DNA from: an uncultured Alphaproteobacteria bacterium
GTDB taxonomy: Bacteria; Pseudomonadota; Alphaproteobacteria; Micavibrionales; UBA1664
Assembly (NCBI GenBank): GCA_943789475.1
Contig: CALSUG010000005.1
Span: 90,694-154,693 of the forward strand
Reading direction: 5' to 3'
DNA length: 64,000 bases
A program made the position numbers and the translations under genes. Below the pieces are notes generated by a model that saw only the letters and a list, made by a program, of their open reading frames with translations, did no database searches and had not been told where the DNA came from. Shown one piece after another: positions 37,779 to 47,825 of this stretch. How positions within the stretch are numbered: position 1 is the first letter of the stretch; each line of letters starts with the position of its first letter.

Positions 37779-39008
37779 ATGACACAAGCACATCAACCAA
37801 CATCTATTCAACCTGACGAAACAATTGTAACGGACGAAGAACATATCAAGCCGTATATGTTGAATTTTGGTCCACAACATCCTGCCGCGCATGGTGTGTT
37901 ACGCCTGATTCTTGAAATGAATGGGGAAACGGTTGAACGTGCCGATCCGCATATTGGATTGCTTCATCGTGGTACGGAAAAATTAATCGAACATAAAACA
38001 TATACGCAAGCGTTACCATATTTTGACCGCCTTGATTATGTGGCACCGATGAATCAGGAACACGCATTTGCACTGGGGATTGAAAAATTACTGGGTATTA
38101 CGGCGCCGGAACGCGCGCAATATATTCGCGTTTTGTTTTGTGAACTTGGCCGTATTTTAAACCACATTCTAAACATTACGACATATGCCTTGGACGTAGG
38201 AGCGATTACGCCTGCGCTTTGGGGATTCGAAGAACGTGAAAAGGGGATGGAATTTTACGAACGTGTGTGCGGTGCGCGTCTTCACGCGAACTATTTTCGC
38301 CCAGGTGGTGTGCGTTATGACATGCCAAAAGGTTTGGCTGAAGACATGTGGGCATGGACGGAAACATTCCCCAAATGTATTGAAGATTTAGAAACATTAT
38401 TGACCAATAACCGTATTTTCAAACAGCGTACGGTTGATATTGGAAAAGTGTCCGAGGAAGACGCCATTAATTGGGGATTCACAGGGCCAATGTTACGTGC
38501 ATCGGGCGTGCCGTGGGATCTGCGTAAAAGCCAACCTTACGAAGTTTACGCGGATATGGATTTTGACGTGGCTGTTGGTAAAACGGGTGATTGTTATGCA
38601 CGTTATTTGGTTCGCATTGAAGAAATGAAACAATCATTACGCATTATGCGTCAATGTTTGAATGCAATGCCAGGCGGTGATGTATTGGCCAATGATTACA
38701 AGGTTACACCACCACCACGTGGTGAGATGAAACAATCGATGGAGGCATTAATCCATCACTTTAAATTATATACCGAAGGTTTCCATGTGCCTGCGGGTGA
38801 GACATACACCGCGGTTGAAGCGCCCAAAGGAGAATTTGGTGTCTATCTGATTGCTGATGGATCAAACAAACCTTATAAATGTCACATCCGTGCACCAGGA
38901 TTTTATCATCTATCTGCGCTTGATTTCATGTCGAAAGGTCACATGTTGGCCGATACCGTGGCGATCATTGGGTCAATGGATGTTGTTTTTGGAGAGATTG
39001 ATCGCTAG
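37779..39008 (+). CDS. nuoD: NADH-quinone oxidoreductase subunit D
   Basis: [23 protein letters not shown] and a C-terminus ending VFGEIDR. Confidence 0.95.
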   Translation: MTQAHQPTSIQPDETIVTDEEHIKPYMLNFGPQHPAAHGVLRLILEMNGETVERADPHIGLLHRGTEKLIEHKTYTQALPYFDRLDYVAPMNQEHAFALGIEKLLGITAPERAQYIRVLFCELGRILNHILNITTYALDVGAITPALWGFEEREKGMEFYERVCGARLHANYFRPGGVRYDMPKGLAEDMWAWTETFPKCIEDLETLLTNNRIFKQRTVDIGKVSEEDAINWGFTGPMLRASGVPWDLRKSQPYEVYADMDFDVAVGKTGDCYARYLVRIEEMKQSLRIMRQCLNAMPGGDVLANDYKVTPPPRGEMKQSMEALIHHFKLYTEGFHVPAGETYTAVEAPKGEFGVYLIADGSNKPYKCHIRAPGFYHLSALDFMSKGHMLADTVAIIGSMDVVFGEIDR

Positions 39009-39011
39009 GGA

Positions 39012-39578
39012 TTAATATCCATTGCCGCTTAACATCGCGAGCGTGTCAAAAATGCTTAATCCTACGATGTTAGAATATGATCCATTGATGGATGGGATAA
39101 AGCGGCTGGCTAATCCTTGTACGGCATAACCGCCAGCCTTGCCCTCCCACTCCTTAGAATCAACGTAAAATTGTTTTTCTTCATCAGATAGTTTTTTAAA
39201 TTTTACGGATGTTTCCACAATTCGCGTAATTGTTTTTCCCGTCGGAGTAATCAGGCAAATGCCACCCATCACGGTGTGACGACGGCCAGACATCATGGAT
39301 AGGAATTTGAGAGCTTCAGTTTCGTTTTCAGGTTTTTGCAAAATACGGCGCCCCATGACAACGACGGTGTCGGCGGCAAGAATGAATGATTCTGCATGCC
39401 CTGTAACGGCTTGTGCCTTTTTAATCGCCATACGTTTGACGTATGGGCGAGGCATTTCACCTTTTAACGGTGTTTCATCAATATCGGTGGGGATAATAGC
39501 ATCGGGTATGATGCCTTGTTCTTCTAATAAATCCTTCCGCCTCGGTGAGGCGGAAGCGAGAATAAGTTTATTTTTCAC
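39012..39578 (-). CDS. maf: Maf-like nucleoside-triphosphate pyrophosphatase
   Basis: [18 protein letters not shown] and [10 protein letters not shown] motifs. Confidence 0.9.
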   Translation of the reverse strand: MKNKLILASASPRRKDLLEEQGIIPDAIIPTDIDETPLKGEMPRPYVKRMAIKKAQAVTGHAESFILAADTVVVMGRRILQKPENETEALKFLSMMSGRRHTVMGGICLITPTGKTITRIVETSVKFKKLSDEEKQFYVDSKEWEGKAGGYAVQGLASRFIPSINGSYSNIVGLSIFDTLAMLSGNGY

Positions 39579-39786
39579 GGAAAATAATACGACCTTTAGT
39601 TAGGTCATATGGTGTCATTTCAACGACAACTTTGTCACCCGCCAAAACACGGATACGGAATTTTTTCATTTTACCTGCCGCGTGCGCGATGATTTCGTGA
39701 TCGTTTTCCAATTTCACACGGAACATTGAATTAGGAAGCACTTCCTCAACGATACCGTTAAATTCCATTAATTCTTCTTTAGCCAA
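39568..39786 (-). CDS. infA: translation initiation factor IF-1
   Basis: [53 protein letters not shown]. Confidence 0.95.
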   Translation of the reverse strand: MAKEELMEFNGIVEEVLPNSMFRVKLENDHEIIAHAAGKMKKFRIRVLAGDKVVVEMTPYDLTKGRIIFREK

Positions 39787-39854
39787 AATAAAATCTCCAA
39801 TAATTTTGTATTATGGAGATTTATATAAGATATTTATGTCATGAAGTCAAAGGT

Positions 39855-40310
39855 CTACACGATTATTCTTGGCCCTTTAGGTTTTTTGAAGTGATCTCTT
39901 GTTATTGTATAAAGTTTCTTCTGATCAAAAAGTTCACTTGCCATCGTTCTGATGAAGGATGTTTTTGCACCATCATTGCGATCTCCTGTGATTTTTTCAG
40001 CGACGTTAGCGTTAATATGATCATCTTCTGTTTTTCTTATTACAGTAGAGAGTAAGGCGCATGTAGCATAACCTAGGGCGGCCATTCCAAACACAGTAGA
40101 TAATGGAGAACCAACAGCGGCTACATAAGCTCCAAACGCTGCGGCTAGAGCATATTTTCCTAATTTCGTACCAACATAAGCTCCATCTATGATGCCGTCT
40201 CTTGATGCATTTGCTGTTTCGTCTGCTGTGGCTTCAATTTTGCATGGATTACCATGTTCGTCATGCGTTCTGTGAAATGCTTCGTCAAATGGTGGTGGTG
40301 TGCGTTTCAT
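39855..40310 (-). CDS. hypothetical membrane protein
   Basis: 151-aa ORF with a central Gly/Ala-rich double TM segment (YALAAAFGAYVAAVGSPLSTVFGMAALGYATCALL). Confidence 0.45.
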   Translation of the reverse strand: MKRTPPPFDEAFHRTHDEHGNPCKIEATADETANASRDGIIDGAYVGTKLGKYALAAAFGAYVAAVGSPLSTVFGMAALGYATCALLSTVIRKTEDDHINANVAEKITGDRNDGAKTSFIRTMASELFDQKKLYTITRDHFKKPKGPRIIV

Positions 40311-40372
40311 ATCTTAGCTCCCTTATTGTATTGTTGGACGTCATTATACAATAATTTACAAAATATGTCAAT

Positions 40373-41692
40373 TTAATTTTCTCGGCGAATATTTGCTCCT
40401 ACCGCTGAAAGTTTACCTGCGATGTCTTCATATCCACGTTCAAGGTGGTAAATACGGTTAACCGTTGTTTCACCCTCGGTTGCGCAAAGGCCCGCAATCA
40501 CAAGTGCGACGGATGCGCGCAGGTCGGTTGCCATCACTTGTGCACCTTTCAATGTGTCAACACCACGTACAATCGCGCTGTTGCCCTGTACCGTAATATT
40601 TGCCCCCATACGTACCAGCTCAGGAACATGCATAAAGCGGTTTTCAAAAATTGTTTCTGTTACCATGCCAGCACCATCACAAAGGGTGAGCATTGTCATG
40701 GCTTGTGCTTGCATATCGGTTGGAAAACCAGGGTAGGGTTCGGTCATAATGTCAATGCCACGCATGGATTTGAGATCATCTTGGCGACGAACGCGAATTT
40801 TATCGCCTGATATTGTGACGTCAGCTCCAGCTTTGCGGAGGAGGGCTGTTACGCTGTCTAACGTATTTGCACGTGTGTTTGTTAATGTCACATCGCCACC
40901 TGTTAATGCAGCGGCAATCATGAATGTTCCTGTTTCAATACGGTCGGGGATAACACTGTGTTCGGCACCTTTTAACGTTTCAACGCCGTGGATGATCAGT
41001 TTGTTTGTGCCGATACCTTCAATGTAAGCGCCCATTTTAACTAAACACTCAGCAAGATCGGTAATTTCGGGTTCCATCGCGGCATTGGATAATGTTGTTG
41101 TGCCGTTTGCCAATGTTGCGGTCATTAATAAATGTTCTGTCGCACCGACGGATACTTTTGGGAATAGAATTTCTGCACCTTTTAAACCACCTTCGGGTGA
41201 TTTTGCAATGACGTATCCATCTTCTATTTTGATATCCGCACCCATGGTTTCTAACCCCATAAGGTGAAGGTCAACAGGACGTGACCCGATGGCACATCCT
41301 CCAGGAAGGGAGACTTTTGCCTCGCCATGACGTGCAAGCAATGGTCCTAAAACAAGAATAGACGCACGCATTTTACGAACAAGGTCATAAGGCGCGAGTG
41401 TTTTGTCAACGCCGCCAATCGCACGGATAGACATTGTTTTTGCATTGTCATCCATATCAACATCCGCACCAAGATAGCGGAGGAGGTCGGCCAATGTCGT
41501 CATATCACGTAATGACGTGGGAACATTCGTTAATTTTAATTCGTCAGATGTTAGTAAACCTGCACAGACCAATTTTAAGGCTGCGTTTTTTGCACCACTA
41601 ATTTGAATTTCACCATGAAGTGGATTACCACCAATGATTTTAATTTTTGGCATGCCATCATTGGCAAGGTCTGTGTCGATTTGATCTGTCAT
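40373..41692 (-). CDS. murA: UDP-N-acetylglucosamine 1-carboxyvinyltransferase
   Basis: ISGAKNAALKL, LPGGCAIGSRPVDLH (catalytic Cys loop) and YPGFPTDMQAQ. Confidence 0.95.
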   Translation of the reverse strand: MTDQIDTDLANDGMPKIKIIGGNPLHGEIQISGAKNAALKLVCAGLLTSDELKLTNVPTSLRDMTTLADLLRYLGADVDMDDNAKTMSIRAIGGVDKTLAPYDLVRKMRASILVLGPLLARHGEAKVSLPGGCAIGSRPVDLHLMGLETMGADIKIEDGYVIAKSPEGGLKGAEILFPKVSVGATEHLLMTATLANGTTTLSNAAMEPEITDLAECLVKMGAYIEGIGTNKLIIHGVETLKGAEHSVIPDRIETGTFMIAAALTGGDVTLTNTRANTLDSVTALLRKAGADVTISGDKIRVRRQDDLKSMRGIDIMTEPYPGFPTDMQAQAMTMLTLCDGAGMVTETIFENRFMHVPELVRMGANITVQGNSAIVRGVDTLKGAQVMATDLRASVALVIAGLCATEGETTVNRIYHLERGYEDIAGKLSAVGANIRREN

Positions 41693-41700
41693 GTTTTTTC

Positions 41701-42627
41701 TTATCTATTATCGTTTATGAGGCGCAAAATAGGACGTAATGATGGATGTTGCAACTCCATTTCTAAACGGGTTGTAATATCGCCATAATATTGCATTAAA
41801 TCATCGCGTCCTTTTTCTTGCGCTAAAAATTGAATCTGTCCCAAGATGCGCGCATGAAATTGTGCGGTTATAACGGGATACCATGCGTTAAATATCGCCT
41901 TTGTTTCGGGCGATAGTGTGGCGCAATAATGGTCTTTGCATGATTGTTTTATATCATCTGGAATATCACGGCGAATGTCTTCTAATAAATTCACAAGGTC
42001 GTAAACGAACGGGCCATTACACGCGGCCTGAAAATCAATAACACCGATTTTATTATCAACCCACATGAGGTTCATCGCGGCAAAATCAATATGCGTGAAT
42101 ACACGAGGGCAGGGTGGAAGGTCAGCTATAACCTCATACCATGCATCAAACCATGTCGATTCTAATTCTGGCTTGTTTAATACATGTGATGGGTAAAAGC
42201 GAAGAGCTTTGTAAACATGCGTGTCTTCGTAATTAACTAAATCGGTATTGAGCGCGTTGGGATGATCGCGCATGGTGATAAGGATATCTGTTGCTTTCAT
42301 GTAAGCATCGATACCTCTACCAGCAATCGTATCATCACCAAAGTCATCCATAAGGATGAGGCCCTGCGCTAAATCTTCCTTTATAATCGTTGGAACGTTC
42401 ACACCAATGGATTTGAAGTGTTTGTTCATATTTGACCATGGTGTAATTAAATGTCCGATCATAGCGTCAGGTGAATTATCAGGCGGGGATTTAAGCAGGA
42501 TAGCCGTGTCACCGTTTTTGTTTGTTAAACGGGCGTAATCACGCACGGACCAATCCGCCGAAAACCATTGTGTTTCCGCGTCATGCCAGTCGGTATCAGA
42601 TAAAAAAAGGTGTAGTTGTTTGCTCAT
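41701..42627 (-). CDS. aminoglycoside-phosphotransferase-fold kinase (possibly an AmgK-like MurNAc/GlcNAc anomeric kinase)
   Basis: APH/choline-kinase catalytic loop FTHIDFAAMNLMW and DFQAA (DxD-like). Sits immediately downstream of murA. Confidence 0.55.
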   Translation of the reverse strand: MSKQLHLFLSDTDWHDAETQWFSADWSVRDYARLTNKNGDTAILLKSPPDNSPDAMIGHLITPWSNMNKHFKSIGVNVPTIIKEDLAQGLILMDDFGDDTIAGRGIDAYMKATDILITMRDHPNALNTDLVNYEDTHVYKALRFYPSHVLNKPELESTWFDAWYEVIADLPPCPRVFTHIDFAAMNLMWVDNKIGVIDFQAACNGPFVYDLVNLLEDIRRDIPDDIKQSCKDHYCATLSPETKAIFNAWYPVITAQFHARILGQIQFLAQEKGRDDLMQYYGDITTRLEMELQHPSLRPILRLINDNR

Positions 42628-42730
42628 TCACTAGTTACTATAAAGTAATCATTGTTTTTCAAAAGAGAGAAAGTGTAAGGATTCATTTTTGTCATTGGAT
42701 AAAAGGTGAAACCCATTTATATATTGTCGT

Positions 42731-43609
42731 ATGGAATTATCCGCGACTGAATCAACCGTTAAAGATTTTTATCTATTGCTTAAGCCTCGTGTTATTTCGC
42801 TTGTGGTTTTTACAGGTGTATGTGGTTTTGTTTTGGCGCCAGGCGCTTTTTCGGTTCATCCATTTTTGGCGATCATTGCCGTGTTGTCCTTGGCTATTGG
42901 TGCTGGAGCCTCGGGTGCAATTAACATGTGGTATGACCGTGACATAGATTCGATCATGAATAGAACGAAAAATCGTCCTATACCATCGGGGCGTGTTCCG
43001 GCTGCGGAGGGGTTGGCTTTTGCTATTATTTTAACTCTGCTATCTATTATGATTTTAGGATTGGCGCTTAATTGGGTCGCTGCAGGAATACTGGCATTCG
43101 CAAATTTTTTCTATAGCGTGATTTATACAATGTGGTTGAAACGACACACACCACAAAATATCGTCATTGGGGGGGCAGCAGGTGCATTTCCACCAATGAT
43201 AGGTTGGGCCGCGGTAACGGGTGATGTGTCGATTGATTCCGTTGTTTTATTTGCAATCATCTTCTTTTGGACACCACCACATTTTTGGGCTTTGTCATTG
43301 TTTGCAAATGAAGATTACAAGCGTGCGAATATTCCGATGCTAACGGTGACGCATGGTGAGCGTGTTACAAAAATTCAAATGTTAATTTACACGGTAATCT
43401 TGTTTCCTGTTTGTCTTGTCCCTGTTTACACAGGGTTGGTTGGATTGGATTATGCTGTTGTATCAATCATATTGAACGGGTTGTTCCTATTGAGTGCTAT
43501 AAAAACATATTTTGAAAAACAGGGGCACAAAAATGCTCGCCGAATGTTTGCGTATTCTATTTTTTATTTATTCGCGATGTTTTCAGGGTTGGTAATTTGT
43601 AGTTTTTAG
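42731..43609 (+). CDS. ctaB: protoheme IX farnesyltransferase (heme O synthase)
   Basis: YLLLKPRVISL, NMWYDRDIDSIMNRTKNRPIPSG and WTPPHFWAL are UbiA-family CtaB/CyoE motifs. Confidence 0.9.
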   Translation: MELSATESTVKDFYLLLKPRVISLVVFTGVCGFVLAPGAFSVHPFLAIIAVLSLAIGAGASGAINMWYDRDIDSIMNRTKNRPIPSGRVPAAEGLAFAIILTLLSIMILGLALNWVAAGILAFANFFYSVIYTMWLKRHTPQNIVIGGAAGAFPPMIGWAAVTGDVSIDSVVLFAIIFFWTPPHFWALSLFANEDYKRANIPMLTVTHGERVTKIQMLIYTVILFPVCLVPVYTGLVGLDYAVVSIILNGLFLLSAIKTYFEKQGHKNARRMFAYSIFYLFAMFSGLVICSF

Positions 43610-45549
43610 GCCTTTAATTCTTTTAAATCGCGATAATAATCTAACGATTCAGGGTTGGCGAGAGCTTCTACATTTTTAATCTCTTTTCCATGCACGATAT
43701 CACGTACGGCAATTTCCGTTATTTTTCCGCTTTTTGTACGTGGAATGTCATTAACAGCGACAATTTTTGTAGGAACATGCCTTGGTGATGCTCCATTTTT
43801 AACCTGTAGTCGGATTACATTCTTAATATCATCAGTCAAAACTTCACCATCTTGCATAACGACAAACAAAACAACACGAACGTCGTCATCCCATTTTTGT
43901 CCAATAGCAATAGATTCTCGTATTTGAGGTATTTTTTCGACTTGGCGATATATTTCAGCGGTACCAATGCGGACACCGCCAGGGTTTAGTGTTGCATCAG
44001 AGCGTCCGTGAATGATCCATCCATTACTTTCTGTTTTTTCAACAAAATCGCCATGGCACCATATATTATCAAAACGGTTGAAATAAGCCTTGTGATATTT
44101 TGCACCGTCATCATCATTCCAAAATGATACGGGCATAGATGGAAACGGTTTTGTGCATACAAATTCGCCCTTTACGCCTGTTTTTACAGGTTGACCACTA
44201 TCATCAAATGCATCCATTGCGTATCCTAATCCTGCACATTGTATTTCACCGCGATGGACAGGGGATATTGGATCTCCTATAACAAAACAAGATACGATGT
44301 CTGTTCCACCAGATATAGATGCCAGGTGAACATCTTCCTTTATGTCTTTGTAAATATAATCAAAACTTTCATGGACAAGAGGTGATCCTGTCGATGTTAT
44401 GGTGCGGATTGTTGATAAGTTGTGCGTTTCGCGTGGCTTAATGTTATGTTTATTAAGGGCGTCAATGTATTTTGCGGCGGTTCCAAATAAGGTCATATTT
44501 TCAGCATCAGCATAATCCCATAAAATATTAGGTGATGGATAAAATGGTGATCCATCATAAAGGAGAAGGGTGGCGCCACTTGCGATTGCGCTCATTTGCC
44601 AATTCCACATCATCCATCCACATGTTGTAAAATAAAATACACGGTCATTGGGTTTAATGTCACAATGTAACTGATGTTCTTTTAGGTGAGTAAGAAGGGC
44701 GCCACCTTGCCCATGTACAATGCATTTTGGCACGCCGGTTGTTCCTGATGAAAACATGATAAATAACGGGTGATCGAATGGTAATTGTTCAAAATTTATA
44801 TCTGTAGCCCTATAGTTTTCTTGTATGCTCGTCCATAATGTCATGTCATTGGTTATATTAGGTGACGTGTTGGCATAGGGCACAATAATGCATTCTTCAA
44901 CGCTGGGCAGTTGTGGTAAAAATTCGTTTATTTTATTCATACAGTCGATGGTTTTACCGTTGTAGTAATATCCCTCAACGGCAATTAATACTTTTGGCTC
45001 TATCTGCCCAAAACGATCCAAAACGCCTTGTACGCCAAAATCGGGTGACGCAGATGACCAAATAGCACCAATGGAGGAGGTTGCCAACATGCCGATCAGA
45101 GCCTCTGGCATATTGCTAACAAATCCTGCAACGCGATCACCTTTTGTAACGCCTTTAGCGATTAAATGTTGTTGTAACCGAGAGACGGCATTATAGAGTT
45201 TCTCCCAGCTCATTCGGGTTTTAACTTGATCTTCCCCCCAAAAGATAACAGCATCACCGTTATCCCGACGTTTGAGGCAATTTTCAGCATAATTAAGTGA
45301 TGCATCTGGAAAAAAACGACAATCTTGCATTTTATCCGCATTAGCAATAATCGCTTCACCCTTGTGCCCAGTGACATCGCAATAATCCCACAATGTAGAC
45401 CAAAATTCGTCACTATGATCGCAAGACCATTGCCAGAGCTCGGGGTAAGATTTATCTGCTTTGCCAATTTTCGACATAAAATCAGATAAAGTTGTGTTTT
45501 CTATATTCTTTGGTGACCAGAGTAAAAAGTTATCCATAGGACTATTCAA
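43606..45549 (-). CDS. acetoacetyl-CoA synthetase (acetoacetate--CoA ligase)
   Basis: 647 aa. AMP-binding motif FSSGTTGVPKCIVH, SGGTD, and a C-terminal PRTKSGKITE. Length and N-terminus (LLWSP...) fit the acetoacetyl-CoA synthetase subfamily. Confidence 0.8.
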   Translation of the reverse strand: MNSPMDNFLLWSPKNIENTTLSDFMSKIGKADKSYPELWQWSCDHSDEFWSTLWDYCDVTGHKGEAIIANADKMQDCRFFPDASLNYAENCLKRRDNGDAVIFWGEDQVKTRMSWEKLYNAVSRLQQHLIAKGVTKGDRVAGFVSNMPEALIGMLATSSIGAIWSSASPDFGVQGVLDRFGQIEPKVLIAVEGYYYNGKTIDCMNKINEFLPQLPSVEECIIVPYANTSPNITNDMTLWTSIQENYRATDINFEQLPFDHPLFIMFSSGTTGVPKCIVHGQGGALLTHLKEHQLHCDIKPNDRVFYFTTCGWMMWNWQMSAIASGATLLLYDGSPFYPSPNILWDYADAENMTLFGTAAKYIDALNKHNIKPRETHNLSTIRTITSTGSPLVHESFDYIYKDIKEDVHLASISGGTDIVSCFVIGDPISPVHRGEIQCAGLGYAMDAFDDSGQPVKTGVKGEFVCTKPFPSMPVSFWNDDDGAKYHKAYFNRFDNIWCHGDFVEKTESNGWIIHGRSDATLNPGGVRIGTAEIYRQVEKIPQIRESIAIGQKWDDDVRVVLFVVMQDGEVLTDDIKNVIRLQVKNGASPRHVPTKIVAVNDIPRTKSGKITEIAVRDIVHGKEIKNVEALANPESLDYYRDLKELKA

Positions 45550-45629
45550 AACTATCCTTAAGGCTTTGTTAAGCCCAAAATGCTATGATAATGTGTTAAG
45601 TGAGCTATTTTTAGGGGATTAGATTCATC

Positions 45630-47825
45630 ATGAAGTCGGTATTTTTACGTGTAAAAAAATCAAAAGGTAATATTTTTGCTATGCTATTTGCAGCTGTCGG
45701 AATGACAGGTGTCCTTGGTGTCGTGGGGATGCAGACAGTGTCTGGACCGATTACCACGATCACAAAGGTAACGCAAAAAAATATTGTTGATACTGATTTG
45801 ATGACAAATGCCCGTATCGTTATTTTGAACGCAGGAATACAAGCCGCGGGCGGAGATTCAGATGGTGATAATTACGTTGAACCAGCGGCGCATAATACAA
45901 CATGTACGGCAAATCCAACGGGTGGTGGGTGTTTGCCAACGGATATTGGTGCGATTCAAACCGACCCATGGGGGACGTCATACGGATATTGTGTATGGGA
46001 TCATGGTTTAACAACAGGCTCCGCAAACAGATTAGAAGGTAAAGATAGTACCTCAGAACCCGTTATTGCGATTATTTCTGCGGGACGTGATAAAACATTC
46101 CAGACATCGTGTGAACCATTTGATGGTAGTGCACCAGAAGGATTACAACAAGTCGCAGGAAGTGACGACAGTGTTCGTATTTATTCGTATGACGCCGCGG
46201 TTGCAGGTGCAAATGGCCTGTGGCAATTAAAAACAAATGATCCAACAACGGCCGAAATCGTGAAGGATTTGGAAATTGGTACATTTGATGATGTTGCGGG
46301 TACAGGTTTTGGTTTTGATATTGGATCGGGTGAAAGTAAATTCCCGATTGTTTTTACAGACAATTTAAATGCATGGACATCGAACCATATTGCCGTGACA
46401 GGTGGCGTTCAATTGGATACACAAGCCAATGTGACCGCATGTGGTGCCGGTGATGCAGGGGCCATTCGTTATAATTCAGTAGCTGAAGTTATCGAGGTAT
46501 GTGACGGTGCTGGTGACTGGGATGGTGCGGATGAAACGGCGATCATTGACGAAGACGGCGATACAAAGGTTCAAGTCGAAGAAGGCGCCGACGACGACAC
46601 AATCCGTTTTGATACCGCGGGTACAGAGCGGATGGTTATTCATGATAGTGGTAAAGTTGGAATAGGTTCTAACAATACAACGAGCCATAAGCTCCTTGTT
46701 TCTTCATCAGGTGCAGATAATACTACTTTAGGGATTGCTGCAACTGGTACTGGTTACGCAGGGTTATATATTGATGCCATGAATGGCGATTTTGTAGGGA
46801 CCGATTATGGGATGTTGAATCAACGTGATGATGGTGTCTTACATCTAACGAATGCCGGCCCTAATAGTCTTCTTTTAAGGACGGATAATACCGATAGGGT
46901 TGATATTCAAGGTGATGGTGATGTTGCCGTTAACGGTACTGATTTATTCGTTGATGCATCTACAAATCGTGTTGGTGTGGGGACGATAACGCCTGAGAGA
47001 ACCTTAGATGTTGCTGGTGATGCACGTTTGCAACAAAATACTTATATTGGTACATCGGCGGATAATCACGGTTTAATTTCATACTCACCTAATATCGGTG
47101 GTGGTGAACCAGGGGTTATTTTACAAGGTGATACGGGTAAAGGCGTATTAATACGTGGTGATAATGGAGCCTCGACAGGTATGATTGTCAAAGTTAATGG
47201 CCGTGTTGGTATTGGAACGGTTTCTCCTGCCACAACTTTAGAGGTACAAGGAGGATCAATTTATCATCTGAACAGTGCTGGTACAGGGAGAGTTCGCCTT
47301 CATCATGGTACTTCATATGGTACAGTTGGTAGTGTTTCTAATACAAAATTTGCACTTAGAACGAATAATACGGATAAATTGACAGTATTGCCGGATGGTA
47401 ACGTGGGTATTGGTGAAATCAATCCCGATACACTTCTTGATGTTGACGGTCCGATCGAAATTGGCTCTGGTACATGTAATGTCAGTGGTCATGGTCGTTT
47501 GCAATATACGGCATTGGACAATATCCAATATTGTAATGGGGCGTCATGGCAAACAATTACGGGTTATGTCGACAGTTTGAATGATATTGGTGACGTTAAT
47601 GTTACGGGTGTTACAATTGGACAAACATTAATGTGGGATGGTACCGATTGGGTCGCGACAAGCACATTGAACGATGTTGGTACGGGTGATACTGACCTGT
47701 TGGTTGATAACGATAATGATACCAAGGTTCAGGTGGAAAAAAATGCGGATGAAGATTATATCCGTTTTGATACCGCGGGAAGTGAGCGTATGCACATCGC
47801 ACCAAAATGGTCGTATTGGTATTAA
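45630..47825 (+). CDS. pseudopilin-headed tail-fibre-like surface protein, N-terminal part (continues in another frame after 47807)
   Basis: N-terminus KKSKG-NIFAMLFAAVGMTGVLGVVGM (pilin/TadG-like hydrophobic leader). Also the GspG-like globular signature DPWGTSYGYCVW...VIAIISAGRDKTF, and the repeated motifs DGDTKVQVEEGADDDTIRFDTAGTERM and G.IRYN......E.CDG..W. Confidence 0.6.
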   Translation: MKSVFLRVKKSKGNIFAMLFAAVGMTGVLGVVGMQTVSGPITTITKVTQKNIVDTDLMTNARIVILNAGIQAAGGDSDGDNYVEPAAHNTTCTANPTGGGCLPTDIGAIQTDPWGTSYGYCVWDHGLTTGSANRLEGKDSTSEPVIAIISAGRDKTFQTSCEPFDGSAPEGLQQVAGSDDSVRIYSYDAAVAGANGLWQLKTNDPTTAEIVKDLEIGTFDDVAGTGFGFDIGSGESKFPIVFTDNLNAWTSNHIAVTGGVQLDTQANVTACGAGDAGAIRYNSVAEVIEVCDGAGDWDGADETAIIDEDGDTKVQVEEGADDDTIRFDTAGTERMVIHDSGKVGIGSNNTTSHKLLVSSSGADNTTLGIAATGTGYAGLYIDAMNGDFVGTDYGMLNQRDDGVLHLTNAGPNSLLLRTDNTDRVDIQGDGDVAVNGTDLFVDASTNRVGVGTITPERTLDVAGDARLQQNTYIGTSADNHGLISYSPNIGGGEPGVILQGDTGKGVLIRGDNGASTGMIVKVNGRVGIGTVSPATTLEVQGGSIYHLNSAGTGRVRLHHGTSYGTVGSVSNTKFALRTNNTDKLTVLPDGNVGIGEINPDTLLDVDGPIEIGSGTCNVSGHGRLQYTALDNIQYCNGASWQTITGYVDSLNDIGDVNVTGVTIGQTLMWDGTDWVATSTLNDVGTGDTDLLVDNDNDTKVQVEKNADEDYIRFDTAGSERMHIAPKWSYWY

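Noticed and set aside
42522-42947. 141-aa plus-strand ORF overlapping the kinase start and the ctaB start
   Set aside because: It is out of frame with ctaB, which has clear UbiA motifs. It spans a divergent promoter region.
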